Positions 25,582 through 37,387 of a stretch of 64,000 bases of DNA are shown piece after piece. How positions within the stretch are numbered: position 1 is the stretch's first letter; the number at the start of each line of letters is the position of its first letter. The DNA is from Okamejei kenojei (Eukaryota), in the NCBI GenBank assembly GCA_035221665.1, contig JAVHYY010000112.1:496001-560000 (forward strand). The letters run 5' to 3'. Below the pieces are notes generated by a model. It was not told the DNA's origin and did no database searches. It saw nothing but the letters and a program-made list of their open reading frames with translations. The translations under genes and the position numbers were made by a program.

Positions 25582-27037
25582 CAGTGGCGTGCAAAAGTAT
25601 TCATACCCCTTGAACTTTCCACATTTTGTCACGTTACAACTACAAACGTAAATGTATTTTATTGAGATTTTATGTGATAGACCGACACAAAGTGGTGCAT
25701 AATTGTGAAGTGGAAGGAAAATTATACCTAGTTTCCAAATTTTATTACAAATAAAAAACTGAAAAGTGTGTCGTACAAAAGTATTTTGTACGACACACTT
25801 TGTAGAACCACCTTTCGCTGCAATTGCAGCTGCAAGTCTTTTGGGGTATGTCTCTACCACCTTTGCACATCTAGAGACAGACATGTTTTCCCATTCTTCT
25901 TTGCAATATAGCTCAAGCTCAGTCAGATTAGATAGAGAATGTCTGTAAGCAGCAATTTTCAAGTCTTGCAAGAGATTCTCAATTGGATTTAGCTCTGGAC
26001 TTTGACTGGGCCATTCTAACACATGAATATGCTTTGATCTAAACCATTCCATTGTAGGTGTGGCTGTATGTTTAGGGTCGTTGTCCAGCTGGAAGTTGAA
26101 CCTCCGCCCCAGTCTCAAATCTTTCGCAGACTCTGACAGGTTTTCTTCCAAGATTGCCCTCCATTCATCTTCCCATCAACTCTGACCAGCTTCCCTGTCC
26201 CTGAAGAAAAGCATCCCCACAGCATGATGCTGCCACCACCATGTTTCACAGTGGGGATGGTGCGTTCAGGGTGATGTGCAGTGTTAGTTTTCTGCCACAC
26301 ATAGCGTTTTGCATTTCTTCTTGCCACTATTCCATAAAGGCCCGATGTGTGGAGTGCACGACTATTAGTTGTCCTGTGGACAGATTCTCCCACCTGAGCT
26401 GTGGATCTCTGCAGCTCCTCGAGAGTTACCATGGGACTCTTTGCTGCTTCTCTGATCAATGCTCTCCTTGCCCGGCCTGTCAGCTTTGTTGGACGGCCAA
26501 GTCTTGGTAGGTTTGCAGTTGTGCCATACACTTTCCATTTTCGGATGATGGATTGAACAGTGCTCCGTGAGATGTTCAAAGCTTGGGATATTTTTTTATA
26601 ACCTAACCCTGCTTTAAACCTCCCCTCACCTTTATCCCTGACCTGCCTGGTGTGTTCCTTGGGCTTCATGATGCTGTTTTTTCACTAATGTTCTGTAACA
26701 AATCTCTGAGGCCTTCGCAGAACAGCTGTATTTATACTGAGATTAGATTACACACAAGTGGACTCTATTTACTAATTAGGTGACTTCTGAAGGCAATTGG
26801 TTGCACTGGATTTTATTTAGGGGTATCAGCTGAATTATTTTGCACGCCACACTTTTCATTTTTTTATTTGTAAACAAATTTGAAAACCATCTATCATTTT
26901 TCTTCCACTTCACGATTATGCGCCACTTTGTGTTGGTCTATCATATAAAATCCCAATAAAATACATTTACGTTTGTGGTTATAACGTGACAAAATGTGGA
27001 AAAGCTCAAGGGGTATGAATAATTTTGCAAGCTACTG
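25582..27037 (-). mobile_element. Tc1 DNA transposon, Passport-like, defective transposase
   Basis: TA|CAGTGG...CTACTG|TA; ~200-bp inverted repeats; MKPKEHTRQVRDK...GRPTKL; KHGGGSIMLWGCF, DNDPKH, WPSQSPELNPIEN; internal deletion and frameshift. Confidence 0.95.
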
Positions 27038-28629
27038 TATGTGCTGTTCCTTCAATGCTCGTTGTGCCTCACTCTGACATCAGAGGGGACCCAGAACTGN
27101 NNNNNNNNNNNNNNNNNNNNNNNNNNNNNNNNNNNNNNNNNNNNNNNNNNNNNNNNNNNNNNNNNNNNNNNNNNNNNNNNNNNNNNNNNNNNNNNNNNNN
27201 NNNNNNNNNNNNNNNNNNNNNNNNNNNNNNNNNNTGTTTAGCAACCGGGAGATCACGTAGGCCAAGGTGGATTGCAGTAGCTGTTGTGAAACACATTGCT
27301 TCGCTGCTATCGACATTTTGACATGTTCACTAATGGCAACGTAGAAAAGTACAACATGGGAACAAGCGCGTCGGCCCTTAACATCCTTGCCGAACATGCT
27401 GCCACGTAAAGCTCGTCGTTTGCTGTATCTCTCCATTCCTCACACATCCAGATGCTACTGTCATATCTACCTCCACTAAATCCCAAGCAGCTACCAGTCT
27501 CAACTATGTGCGTAAATCTTTCTCCTGCATATCTTCTTGAAATATTGGCCCGATAAACAGATAGTAATTTGCAGTCCTGGGTGATGTTTATTCCACAATC
27601 GCCCTTGCTGAAATTACGAAGAGCTTATCGCAATCTGTTGTGTTTATATTGCGAGAAATTTCGCTAGATTCTGATCAGGGAATTATTTTTGAAGCTCGCA
27701 GTGGCTGTGTGGATATTTATAACATTTAAACTCTCGAATCTACACATTGCGGCCCATCTCAAATGTTTCAATTTTCAATTTTCGTATGTAAACATTTTGC
27801 AGTTATGTCTATAGACGTTAATTAAAGCGGAATTTTTGAGTCCGTCCGAGTGCCCTGTGGTCAAGATGAAAGGTGCTGAGAATAAATGGATTCAGTCGTC
27901 TTGCAAATGGACATTTTGGAAGAACAACCTGCGCCGTGGTGTCGCATTGCTCTCACAGAACCGCCCCGTTAATGTCCCCTGCCATCGTAAATCACTGATT
28001 GTCCCATTTGCACAAAATAAAATCTGATAATCGTGTCCGGGAAATCTCAGGTCACTTTAATATCGTTGCCAGGAGTCCGAAAATAATCCTTCTGTTCAGT
28101 TACGAAAAAAACATTAAGGAACAGTTTTTTGTGTGTTTATTTTTTGATGTGAGCGCAGCTGGACGCGACCTACGCATTGATGTAAAAAATGTCAGTAATA
28201 GAAGTCCCAGATTAGAACACTTACACACAGAAACAGCATTTAATTGTCCCTACCAATGCAGTACAGCATTAGGCCGTGCGTGATGCAAATCTTCAACCGA
28301 TTCAAAAGCAATGGTAAATGATTCAGATGGTTTTCTGCTCTTTATTTGATAATATAATGGAGATCATTTTCACGTTCACTTGAGGTAAATAAATCCAGAA
28401 CTCGTAGTTTGTGGAAACATTCCGAAGGCTGGAATGCGAAGTGGGGAGTTCCTTGACCCAGCGCTCTCTCGATACCAACTCACTCTTTTAATAAACTTCT
28501 CGTCACGTCTCCCAGAACTGGCAATACCCGAATATCAATCTGAAGGAAAGGTCTGAGGATAGTGTGAGGTTGGAGATTTGCATCAACATGTAATATGTGT
28601 ATTCATTTATCGGGTGTAATCAGGATGGC

Positions 28630-30600
28630 TTAGTAAGGAAGACAGATGCAAACTAAGGAAGATTCACTAAGGAAGACAGATGCAAACTAAGGAAGACACA
28701 ACCAATCTCCCTGAAGTATTGGAGGAGAGAGGATCTAAGGGGGTAGAGGAACTGAAAGAAATGTTCATTAGGCGAGAAATAGTATTGGGTAGGCTAAATG
28801 GACTGAATAATGATAAATCCCCTGGGCCTGATGGTTTGCATCCCATGGTCCTTGGGGAGGAGCTCCGGAAATATTGGACGCATTCGTGATCTTTTTCCAA
28901 CGTTCAATAGAATCAGGATCAGTTCCTGTGGATTGGAGGATAGCGAATGTTCACCCTCTTTTCAAGAAAGGGGCGAGTGAGAAATGCTGGAGTCAATTAT
29001 TAAAGAGGTAACCATGGGGCATTTGGACAGCAGTAAAATATTTGTCAAAGTCAGCAAGGATTTATGAAGGGGGAATCCTGATTGAGTAATCTTCTGGATT
29101 TTGAGGATGTGACATTTAAAATGGATGAAGGGGAGCCAGTGGATGTAGTGTATATTGTATATATTAATGATTTGGAAGAAGGAATTAGGAGTAACACTAG
29201 CAAATTTGCAGATGACACAAACCCGACGATCAGCCATGATCACAATGAATGGTGGAGCTGGCTGTAAGGGCTGAATGCCCTCCTCCTGCACCTATTTTCT
29301 ATGTTTTTATGTGTCTATTGAAGTAAAGTAGTGTGACACATGATGATCCTTGCCTGGTTGTGGTTGATGAGGAAGATAAAGACTGAAACATAAAAAAATA
29401 TGTGCTATAAAAGGCCATTCGGACTTTCGAGTAAGCACAGCCATTCAATGTGATCATGGCTCATCATCCAAAATACCCTGTCCCTGTTTTTTTCCCCATA
29501 TCCATTGATTCCGTTAGCCATAGTGGCTATATATAACTCTCTCTTGAAAACATCCAATGAATTTGCCTGCACTGCCTTCAGTGGTGAATAATTCCACAGA
29601 ATCACAATTCTCTGGGTGAAAAAGTGTTTCCTCATCTCAGTAACAAATGACCTATACCTAAACATTAAATTTGACCCCCTGGTTCTGGACTCCCCAAACA
29701 AGGGGAACATTCATGCATGTAGCTTGTTCAATCCCTTTAGAATGTTTTATGATTTTAGAAGATCCCCTCTCATCTTTCTAAATTCCAATGAATACAAGCC
29801 CAGTCAACCCATTCGTTCATCATATATCAGTACCGCTATCCTGTGATTTAACCTGGGGAACCAACGCTGCACCCCCTCAATAGCAAGAATGCCCTTCCTG
29901 AAATTGGGAGACCAAAACTGCACACAGATGCGGGCTCACCACGGCCCTGTACAACTGCAGTCGGACCTCCTTGTTCCTAATCTGAAATCCTCTCTCAACG
30001 AAGGCCAACATGCCATTGGCTTTCTTCACTGCCTGCTGTACCTGCATGCTTACATTAAGTGATGGGTGTACAAGTACACCCAGATTTCGTTGAACCTCCC
30101 CATTTTCTAACATGACACCGTTCGCATAATAATTTGCCTTCCTGATCGTGACACCAAAGTGGATAACCTCACCTTTACACACTTTATACTGTAGCTGACA
30201 TGCATCTATCCAACCTATCTAAGTCACCTTGCAGCCTCATGGCATCCTCCTCTCAGTACACTCGGCCACCTATATTTGTCATCCGCAAACTTGGAGATGT
30301 TTCATGTAATTCCCATCGTCTAATTAGATATTACAAATAACTGGGGTCCCAGCACTGTGCCTTGCGGCAACCCGCTATTCACTCCCTGCCATTCTGAACA
30401 TGACCCGTCAATTCCTATTTTTTTCTTCCTGTTTGCCACCCAGTTCTCTATCCGTGTCAATACCCTAACCCCAATACTATGTGCTCTAATTCTGCACACT
30501 AATTTTTTTCGTTGGACCTTTTGGAAAGTCCAGATATACTACATCCACAGGCTCTCCCTTATCCATTCTATTTGTTACATCCTCAAAAAATTCCAGAAGA
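28630..30600. mobile_element. Two CR1 fragments tail to tail (28630-29320 +, 29390-30600 -)
   Basis: KSPGPDGLHP and SKFADDT on plus; ORF2 C-terminus on minus. Confidence 0.85.
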
Positions 30601-32799
30601 TTAGTCTGTCCCTGTGCATTTCATGCGAAAGAGCCGAGTGAACCTGTCATTGGTTCTCGTTAAGGAATATCCTCCCCTATAATATGCGTTGAAAAAATAG
30701 TTGTGGGGGCGTTGCGCAGTATATTAGCAGTATATTCCTCTGCCCTTGTAGAATTTAAACGAACAATGTTGATGGAGATAACGATGTATTTACCCGTGGT
30801 GTCATTGTCCGCGTAATTACTCGAGTGGATATACCGATAATGCTTAGCTGTGATTAAGTGGATATCACAGCTAAGGATAAATGGTTAAATGGTTAAATGG
30901 TTAATTCACGGACAGTTTCATAGGTGCAAATAAATTGATTTTTGACAGAACTGTCATCGATGTTTGTTCGATAGACATTTTGTAACTTCCACGGCGGCAG
31001 AAACATGGCGACTTTTTGTGCACTGCCTAGATGAGGTCTGCTGCGCGATTTTACTAGATTGTATTCAAAAATAAAAATAAAAACATCACGGTATTTAGGT
31101 GCATGTAGCATTAAAGTATAATTGAATAATTGAAAAACTGTATCATTGATTTTGTTGGATTGCGGTGCATTAATTTGCTAAAACTGGGCCTGATCGGCTG
31201 CATCGCAGGATCCTCAGGGAGGTGGCTCTCGAAATAGTGGACGCATTGGTGATCATTTTCCAATGTGCAATAGATTCAGGATCAGTTCCTGTGGATTGGA
31301 GGATAGCTAATGTTATCCCACATTTCAAGAAAGGAACGAGAGAGAAAATGGGAATTACAGACCAGTTAGCCTGACTTCGATGGTGGGAAAGATGCTGAAC
31401 TCAATTATTAAAGACAAAGATTATAGTGGAGCAAGATGCGCCACTCAGCGAAAAAGACGTAGTATCACATGTGTGATAGTCGACGCCATGTTGGCGGACT
31501 GCCTCGACCAAAGATGGCGTCGACTATGGCGTCAACATCATTGGGAAACTATGCTCCTCTATAATCTTTGTTTCTCGATCTCCCTCTGTGTAATCCGCTT
31601 CAAAGCTACAGAGCAGTTGCAAGCAAAAATTATAGAGGAGCAAGATGCATTAGAAAGTATATTTATTTGTAATAGATCTTTACTTACCTCTCGATCTCGA
31701 TCTCTCTGTCCCCCTCCCCTGTCTTCTCTCTATCTCCCCTTTCGATCCCCCTCTCTCTCTCTCTCTCTCTCTCTCCCCTCTTCTCTCAATCCCTCACTAT
31801 ATCTCTCTCCCCTCTCTTCTCTCGATCGCTCTCTCTCGCCTCTCTTCTCTCGATCTCCCTCGTCTCCATCTCTCTCTCCCCTCTCGATCGCTCTCTGCCC
31901 CTCTCTTCTCTCTATCCCTCTCTCCCCTCTTGATCTATTTCTCACCCCTCGATCTCTCTCTCTCTCTCCTCTCGATCTCTCTCTCCCCTCTCGATCTCTT
32001 TCTCTCCCCTCTCGATCTCTCTATCCCCTCTCTTCTCTCGATCTCTCTCTCCCCTCTTGACCTCTCTCTCTCCCCTCTCCCCTCGATTTCTCTCTCGCCT
32101 CTCTCGATCTCTCTCTCTTCCCTCTCGATCTCAATCTCTCCCCTCTCGATCTCTCTCTATCCACTCTCTTCTCTCGATCTCTCTCTCCCCTCTTGACCTC
32201 TCTCTCCCCTCTTCTCTCGATCTCTCTCTTATCACGATCTCTCTCTCCCCTCTCGATTTCTCTCTCTTTGCTCTCTTCTCTCGATCCCCCTCCCTTCCCT
32301 CTCTCTTCCCTCTCTCCTCTCTTCCTCCCTCCCTCCCTTCTCTCTCTCCCTCTCTCCCTCCTTCCCTATCTCTCTCCCTCCTTCACTCTCTCTCCCCCTC
32401 CGTCCCTCTCTCCCTCCCTTCCCTCTGTGTGAGAGTTGGCAGCGCTGCTATGCCTTAGGTCCAAAAGAGGGTGGAAAAAAATTACTTAATGGTTTTGTAA
32501 GAAGATTTTAATAAGCTCTTCTATCTTTCCCAGCTAATAAATACAGCAATACATAACACACAGCAATACAAAGACATGAACTTGTGCTTCAATAGAGTCA
32601 AGGTTAGAATTGTACCAATCTTTGTGAGTATCCACATGCACTATGGACTCTAATTCAAGAATAGAAAAATGCATAACATGACTGTTAAAAGGAAATGTAA
32701 AAAACTTCAAAAAGTGGAAAATACTTATTTTCCACTTTTTTAATACTTAATTATAGTGCATAATTTTCAAAATGTATTTATTTGAAGTAATACTATTCA

Positions 32800-33510
32800 A
32801 GATCAAATACAAGTGTTTATTGTCATGTGTCCCTGATGGAACAATGACATTCTTGACTTTGTTTCAGCACATAGAACATAGTAGGCATTGACTACAGATC
32901 AGATCAGTGTATCCATACACGATTTTATAAATATATACGCAAATTAATAAATAAATTGATGAAGTACAAATAACACATAATGGGCTAGTAATGTTCAGAG
33001 TTTGGTCCGAGCCATGTTTAATTGCCTAATGGCTATTGGGAAGTTGCAATTCCTGTACCTGGTCGTTGCAGTCTTCGGGCTCCTGTACATTCTACCTGGT
33101 AGCAGGAAAATTAGTGTGTGACCAGGATGGTGTGGGTCATTGATGATACTGCCAGCCTTTTTGAGGCAGCGACTGCGATAGATCCCCTCGATGGAAGGAA
33201 GGTCAGAGCCGATGATGGACTGGGCAGCGTTAACTACTTTTTGTAGTCTTTTCCTCTTCTGGGCGCTCAAGTTACCGAACCAAGCCACGATGCAACCGGT
33301 CAGCATGCTCTCTACTGTGCACTTGTAGAAGTTAGAGTCCTCCTTGACAAACCGACTCTCCGTAATCTTATCAGGAATTAGAGGCGCTGATGTGCTTTCT
33401 TAATATTTGCATCCGTGTTCTCGGACCAGGAAAGATCTTCAGAGATGTGCATGCCCACGATTTGAAGCTCTTGACCCTTTCAACCATTGACCCGTTGATA
33501 TAAACGGAAC
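32800..33510 (-). mobile_element. Rex1/Babar-like LINE 3' fragment
   Basis: LTGCIVAWFGN..RLQKVVNAAQSIIG..DPHHPGH..FPIAIRQLN. Confidence 0.8.
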
Positions 33511-33554
33511 TTTTGCTTTAGCAGCAGCAGCCTCTACAGGAGGCTTTAAACGTT

Positions 33555-33624
33555 TGAGTGAGTCTGTGCGTGTGTGAGAGTCAGTGTGTGTGAGTATGTG
33601 TGTGTGCAAGTCTCTGTGTGTGCA

Positions 33625-33672
<48 letters not shown>
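33555..33672. repeat. (TG)n microsatellite
   Basis: Direct observation. Confidence 0.95.
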
Positions 33673-34133
33673 CTTATATAATGCGTGAATGATGACTTCG
33701 GAGATATATTATCAGATTATCTTGGTTAAAATTTGACCGCGGCAAAGCGACATAAAGGCGCCGTGGGCAGCAACAAGAGACACAACAAGAAATAACTTAA
33801 TAATTCCCATCTTTGATATTTAAATAGTTCTTATATTTTAAGTGTTATTCACATTTTAAACTTTAATAAATCATTTGTCCACTTTTCATGCCTGTGTGTT
33901 CTTCATCACAATGGAAACCTATTGAGCAGGAATGGATACTCTGTGGGAGAGCCACTGGGAGCAAAGATCCTATAGCGGAGCAAGATGGACCACTCCTGCG
34001 AAAAACACACAGTACGGTTTTTTATCACCTCAGTCCTAATTGACCTCCCCCTTATTCTAACACTGTGGCCCCTGGTTCTGGACTCTGGAAAAGTGGGATA
34101 ACATTAGCTATCCTCCAATCCACAAGTTTTAAA

Positions 34134-34320
34134 GAAGGAACTGCAGATGCTGGAGAATCGAGGGTACACAAAAAGCTGGAGAAACTCAGCGGGTGCAGCA
34201 GCATCTAAGGAGCGAAGGAGATAGGCGACGTTTCGGGTCGAGACCCTTCGCCTATCTCCTTCGCTCCTTAGATGCTGCTGCACCCGCTGAGTTTCTCCAG
34301 CTTTTTGTGTACCCTCCAAT
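34134..34320. repeat. Palindromic short repeat (near-perfect hairpin); related copies at ~3610-3800, 19905-20030, 42380-42470
   Basis: Arms 34160-34227 and 34248-34316 are reverse complements. Confidence 0.85.
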
Positions 34321-37300
34321 CTACAAGAACCGTTCCTAAATCTATTGAANNNNNNNNNNNNNNNNNNNNNNNNNNNNNNNNNNNNNNNNNNNNNNNNNNN
34401 NNNNNNNNNNNNNNNNNNNNNNNNNNNNNNNNNNNNNNNNNNNNNNNNNNNNNNNNNNNNNNNNNNNNNNNNNNNNNNNNNNNNNNNNNNNNNNNNNNNN
34501 NNNNNNNNNNNNNNNNNNNNNNNNNNNNNNNNNNNNNNNNNNNNNNNNNNNNNNNNNNNNNNNNNNNNNNNNNNNNNNNNNNNNNNNNNNNNNNNNNNNN
34601 NNNNNNNNNNNNNNNNNNNNNNNNNNNNNNNNNNNNNNNNNNNNNNNNNNNNNNNNNNNNNNNNNNNNNNNNNNNNNNNNNNNTCATCTGCCAAATACGA
34701 TAGAGAGCAATAGTGACGCTTTAAATCAAAGTTTCTTCTGATCCATGAAAAGGAAATGTATTTATCTCTCAAGGGCATTCCCCACCATATATTTATATGA
34801 ATGTATGTTTTTGTTTGCCTGTAGTTTTGTGCAGTGTGTGTGTGAAAGCAATACAAGGGAAGCTGCACAATACAATGCAAGGGAAAACTACGCAAAGGTG
34901 GGGCTGGGGGGAATAGTTGGGGGGGGGGGAAAATGGGGGAACAGAGGGAAAAGGGAGGGAGAGAGGGAGAGCGAGGGTTGGGAGAGAGAGAGGGAAGGAG
35001 GGAGAGAGGGAGAGGGGGAAGGGAAGGAGGGTAAGAGGGGAGGGAGGGAGAGAGGGAGGGGAGAGAGAGATCGAGAGAAGAGAGGGGAGAGAGAGATCGA
35101 GAGGGGAGAGAGAGAAATCGAGAGGGAGAGAGAGAGCTTGAGAGGAGAGAGAGAGATCGAGAAAGGAGTGAGGTGGAGAGGGGAGATAGAGAGATGGAGA
35201 GGGGAGAGAGATCGAGAGGGGAAAGAGAGAGATCGAGAGGGGAAAGGAGAAAGATCGAGAGGGGATAGAAAGAGATGGAGAGAAGAGAGTGGAGAGAGAG
35301 ATAGAGAAGCTAGGGGAGGGGGAGAGAGAGAGATAAATCGAGATCGAGAGGTAAGTAAAGATATATTACAAATAAATCTAATAGCTTTCTAATGCATCTT
35401 GCTCCTCTATAATCGCTGCTTGCAACTGCTCTGTAGCTGTGGAGCGGATTACACAGCGGGAGGCATCCGCCAAAATGGCGGCCGTGACGTTCTGTTACGT
35501 AATACACATCAGTTCATTGGATTTCGGAGGAGCGGTCTATCTTGCTCCTCTAGTATCTTTGATTAAAGAGGTAATCATGGGGCATTTGGATAGCAGTAAA
35601 AGGATTAGTCTAAGTCAACATGGATTTATGAAAGGGAAATCATGCTTGACTAATCTTCTGGAATTTTTTGAGGATGTGACAAGTAAAATGGATGAATGGG
35701 TGCCAGTTGATGTAGTGTATCTATACTTTCAGAAAGCCTTTGATAAGGTGCCGCACGGGAGACTTGTGACTAAAATTAGAGCGCATGGTATTGGGGGTAG
35801 GGTGTTGACATGGATAGACAATTGGTTGGCAGACCGGAAGGAAAGTGTAGGAGTGAACAGGTCCTTTTCAGAATGGCAGGCAGTGGCGAGTGGAGTGCCG
35901 CAAGGCTCGGTGTTGGGGCCGCAACTGTTTACCATATATATTAATGATTTAGAAGAGGGAATTAGGAGCAATACTAGCAAGTTTGCGGATGACACAAAGC
36001 TGGGTGGCAGTGTGAACTGTGAAGAGGATGTTAGGAGATTGCAGGGTAACCTGAATATGTTGAGTGAGTGGGCAGATGCGTGGCAGATGCAGTATAATAT
36101 AAATACATGTGAGGTTATCCACTTTGGCGGCAAACACAAGGGGGCAGATTATTATGTCAATGGGGTTAGGTTAGGTAAGGGGGAGGTCCAGCGAGACCCG
36201 GGTGTCTTCGTACATTGGTCACTGAAAGTTGGCGTGCATGTACAGCAGGCAGAGAAGAAAGCTAATGGAATGTTGGCCTTCATAACAAGAGGATTTCAGT
36301 ATAGGAGTAAAGAGGTTCTTCTGCAGTTGAATAGGGCTATGGTGAGACAACATCTGGCGTATTGTGTATAGCTTATGTCTCCTAATTTGAGGAAGACATC
36401 CTTGTGATTCAGGCAGTGCAGCGTAGGTTCACGAGATTGTTACCTGGGATGGCGGGACTGTCATCTGAGGAAAGATTGGAAAGACTAGGCTTGTATTCAC
36501 TGGAGTTTAGAAGGATGACGGGGGTATCTTATAGAAACATATAAAATTATAAAAGGACTAGACAAGCTCGATTCAGGACAAATGTTCCCAATGGTGTGCG
36601 AGTCCAGAACCAGGAACCACAGTCTTAGATTAAAGGGGAGGTCATTTAAGACTGAGGTGAGAAAAATCGTTTTCACCCAGAGAGTTGGGAATTGGAACTC
36701 CCTGCCACAGAGGGCAGTAGCGGCCAAATCACTGGATGGATTTGAGAGAGTTAGATGGAGCTCTAGGGGCTAGTGTAGTCAAGGGATTTGGGGAAAAGGC
36801 AGGCACGGGTTATTAATAGCGGACGATCAGCCATTTATGACAATAAATGGCGGTGCTTGCTCGAAGCGTCGAATGGCATCCTCCTGCACCTATTTTCTGT
36901 GTTGCTATGTTTCTATGTTTGTATAAAAAAAACGAAATACACAATACGCGGAGGAACACATGGATCTCAGCATTGGTCGATATATTAAACGTCTGTATGT
37001 TCTGGCTAATGAACATGCAATCCAGCCCCTCGCCGATCATCCCAGATACGTTTTACATATTCACACACGCCAACATTATATCACCTAGTGACTTTCACGC
37101 AGAATACTTCACTTCATGCAATCTGCTTCAGTGTGCAAAGGGATGCAATGTAGACACCTCTGGCGTTCGCTATACTGGAAGATAATGAGCATCCATTCGG
37201 TATTTTACTCTGTTTTACTCTGGTCACCATCTGTGTGATGTGTGGTTCGCAATCATACCCACTATATGAACTACCTTATATCTCTGTGTCAGATAATCCC

Positions 37301-37387
37301 TAAACGGATTCCATACAGAATCTCAGAGACATAGATGTCCACTGTTAACGTTAAAGCTGATCCCAATCAAACACAGTAGCAGGAATA

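Larger units (their letters stand above)
31415..35561. mobile_element. Non-autonomous foldback DNA element with 8-bp TSD (hAT-like)
   Basis: ATTAAAGA duplicated at 31407-31414 and 35562-35569; termini CAAAGATTATAGTGGAGCAAGAT / ATCTTGCTCCTCTAGTATCTTTG; long inverted arms. Confidence 0.85.
31184..36918 (+). mobile_element. CR1 LINE 3' half interrupted by a 4.1-kb insertion
   Basis: RT ...MVGKMLNSIIK (to 31414) resumes IKEVIMGHLD... (from 35562) and runs to a ttctatg tail. Confidence 0.92.

Noticed and set aside
28120-28590. VSWYRE motif on minus, octamer ATTTGCAT and weak CACATCA-12-ACAAAAAAC suggesting a V relic
   Set aside because: No correctly spaced Cys or YYC motif and a poor heptamer
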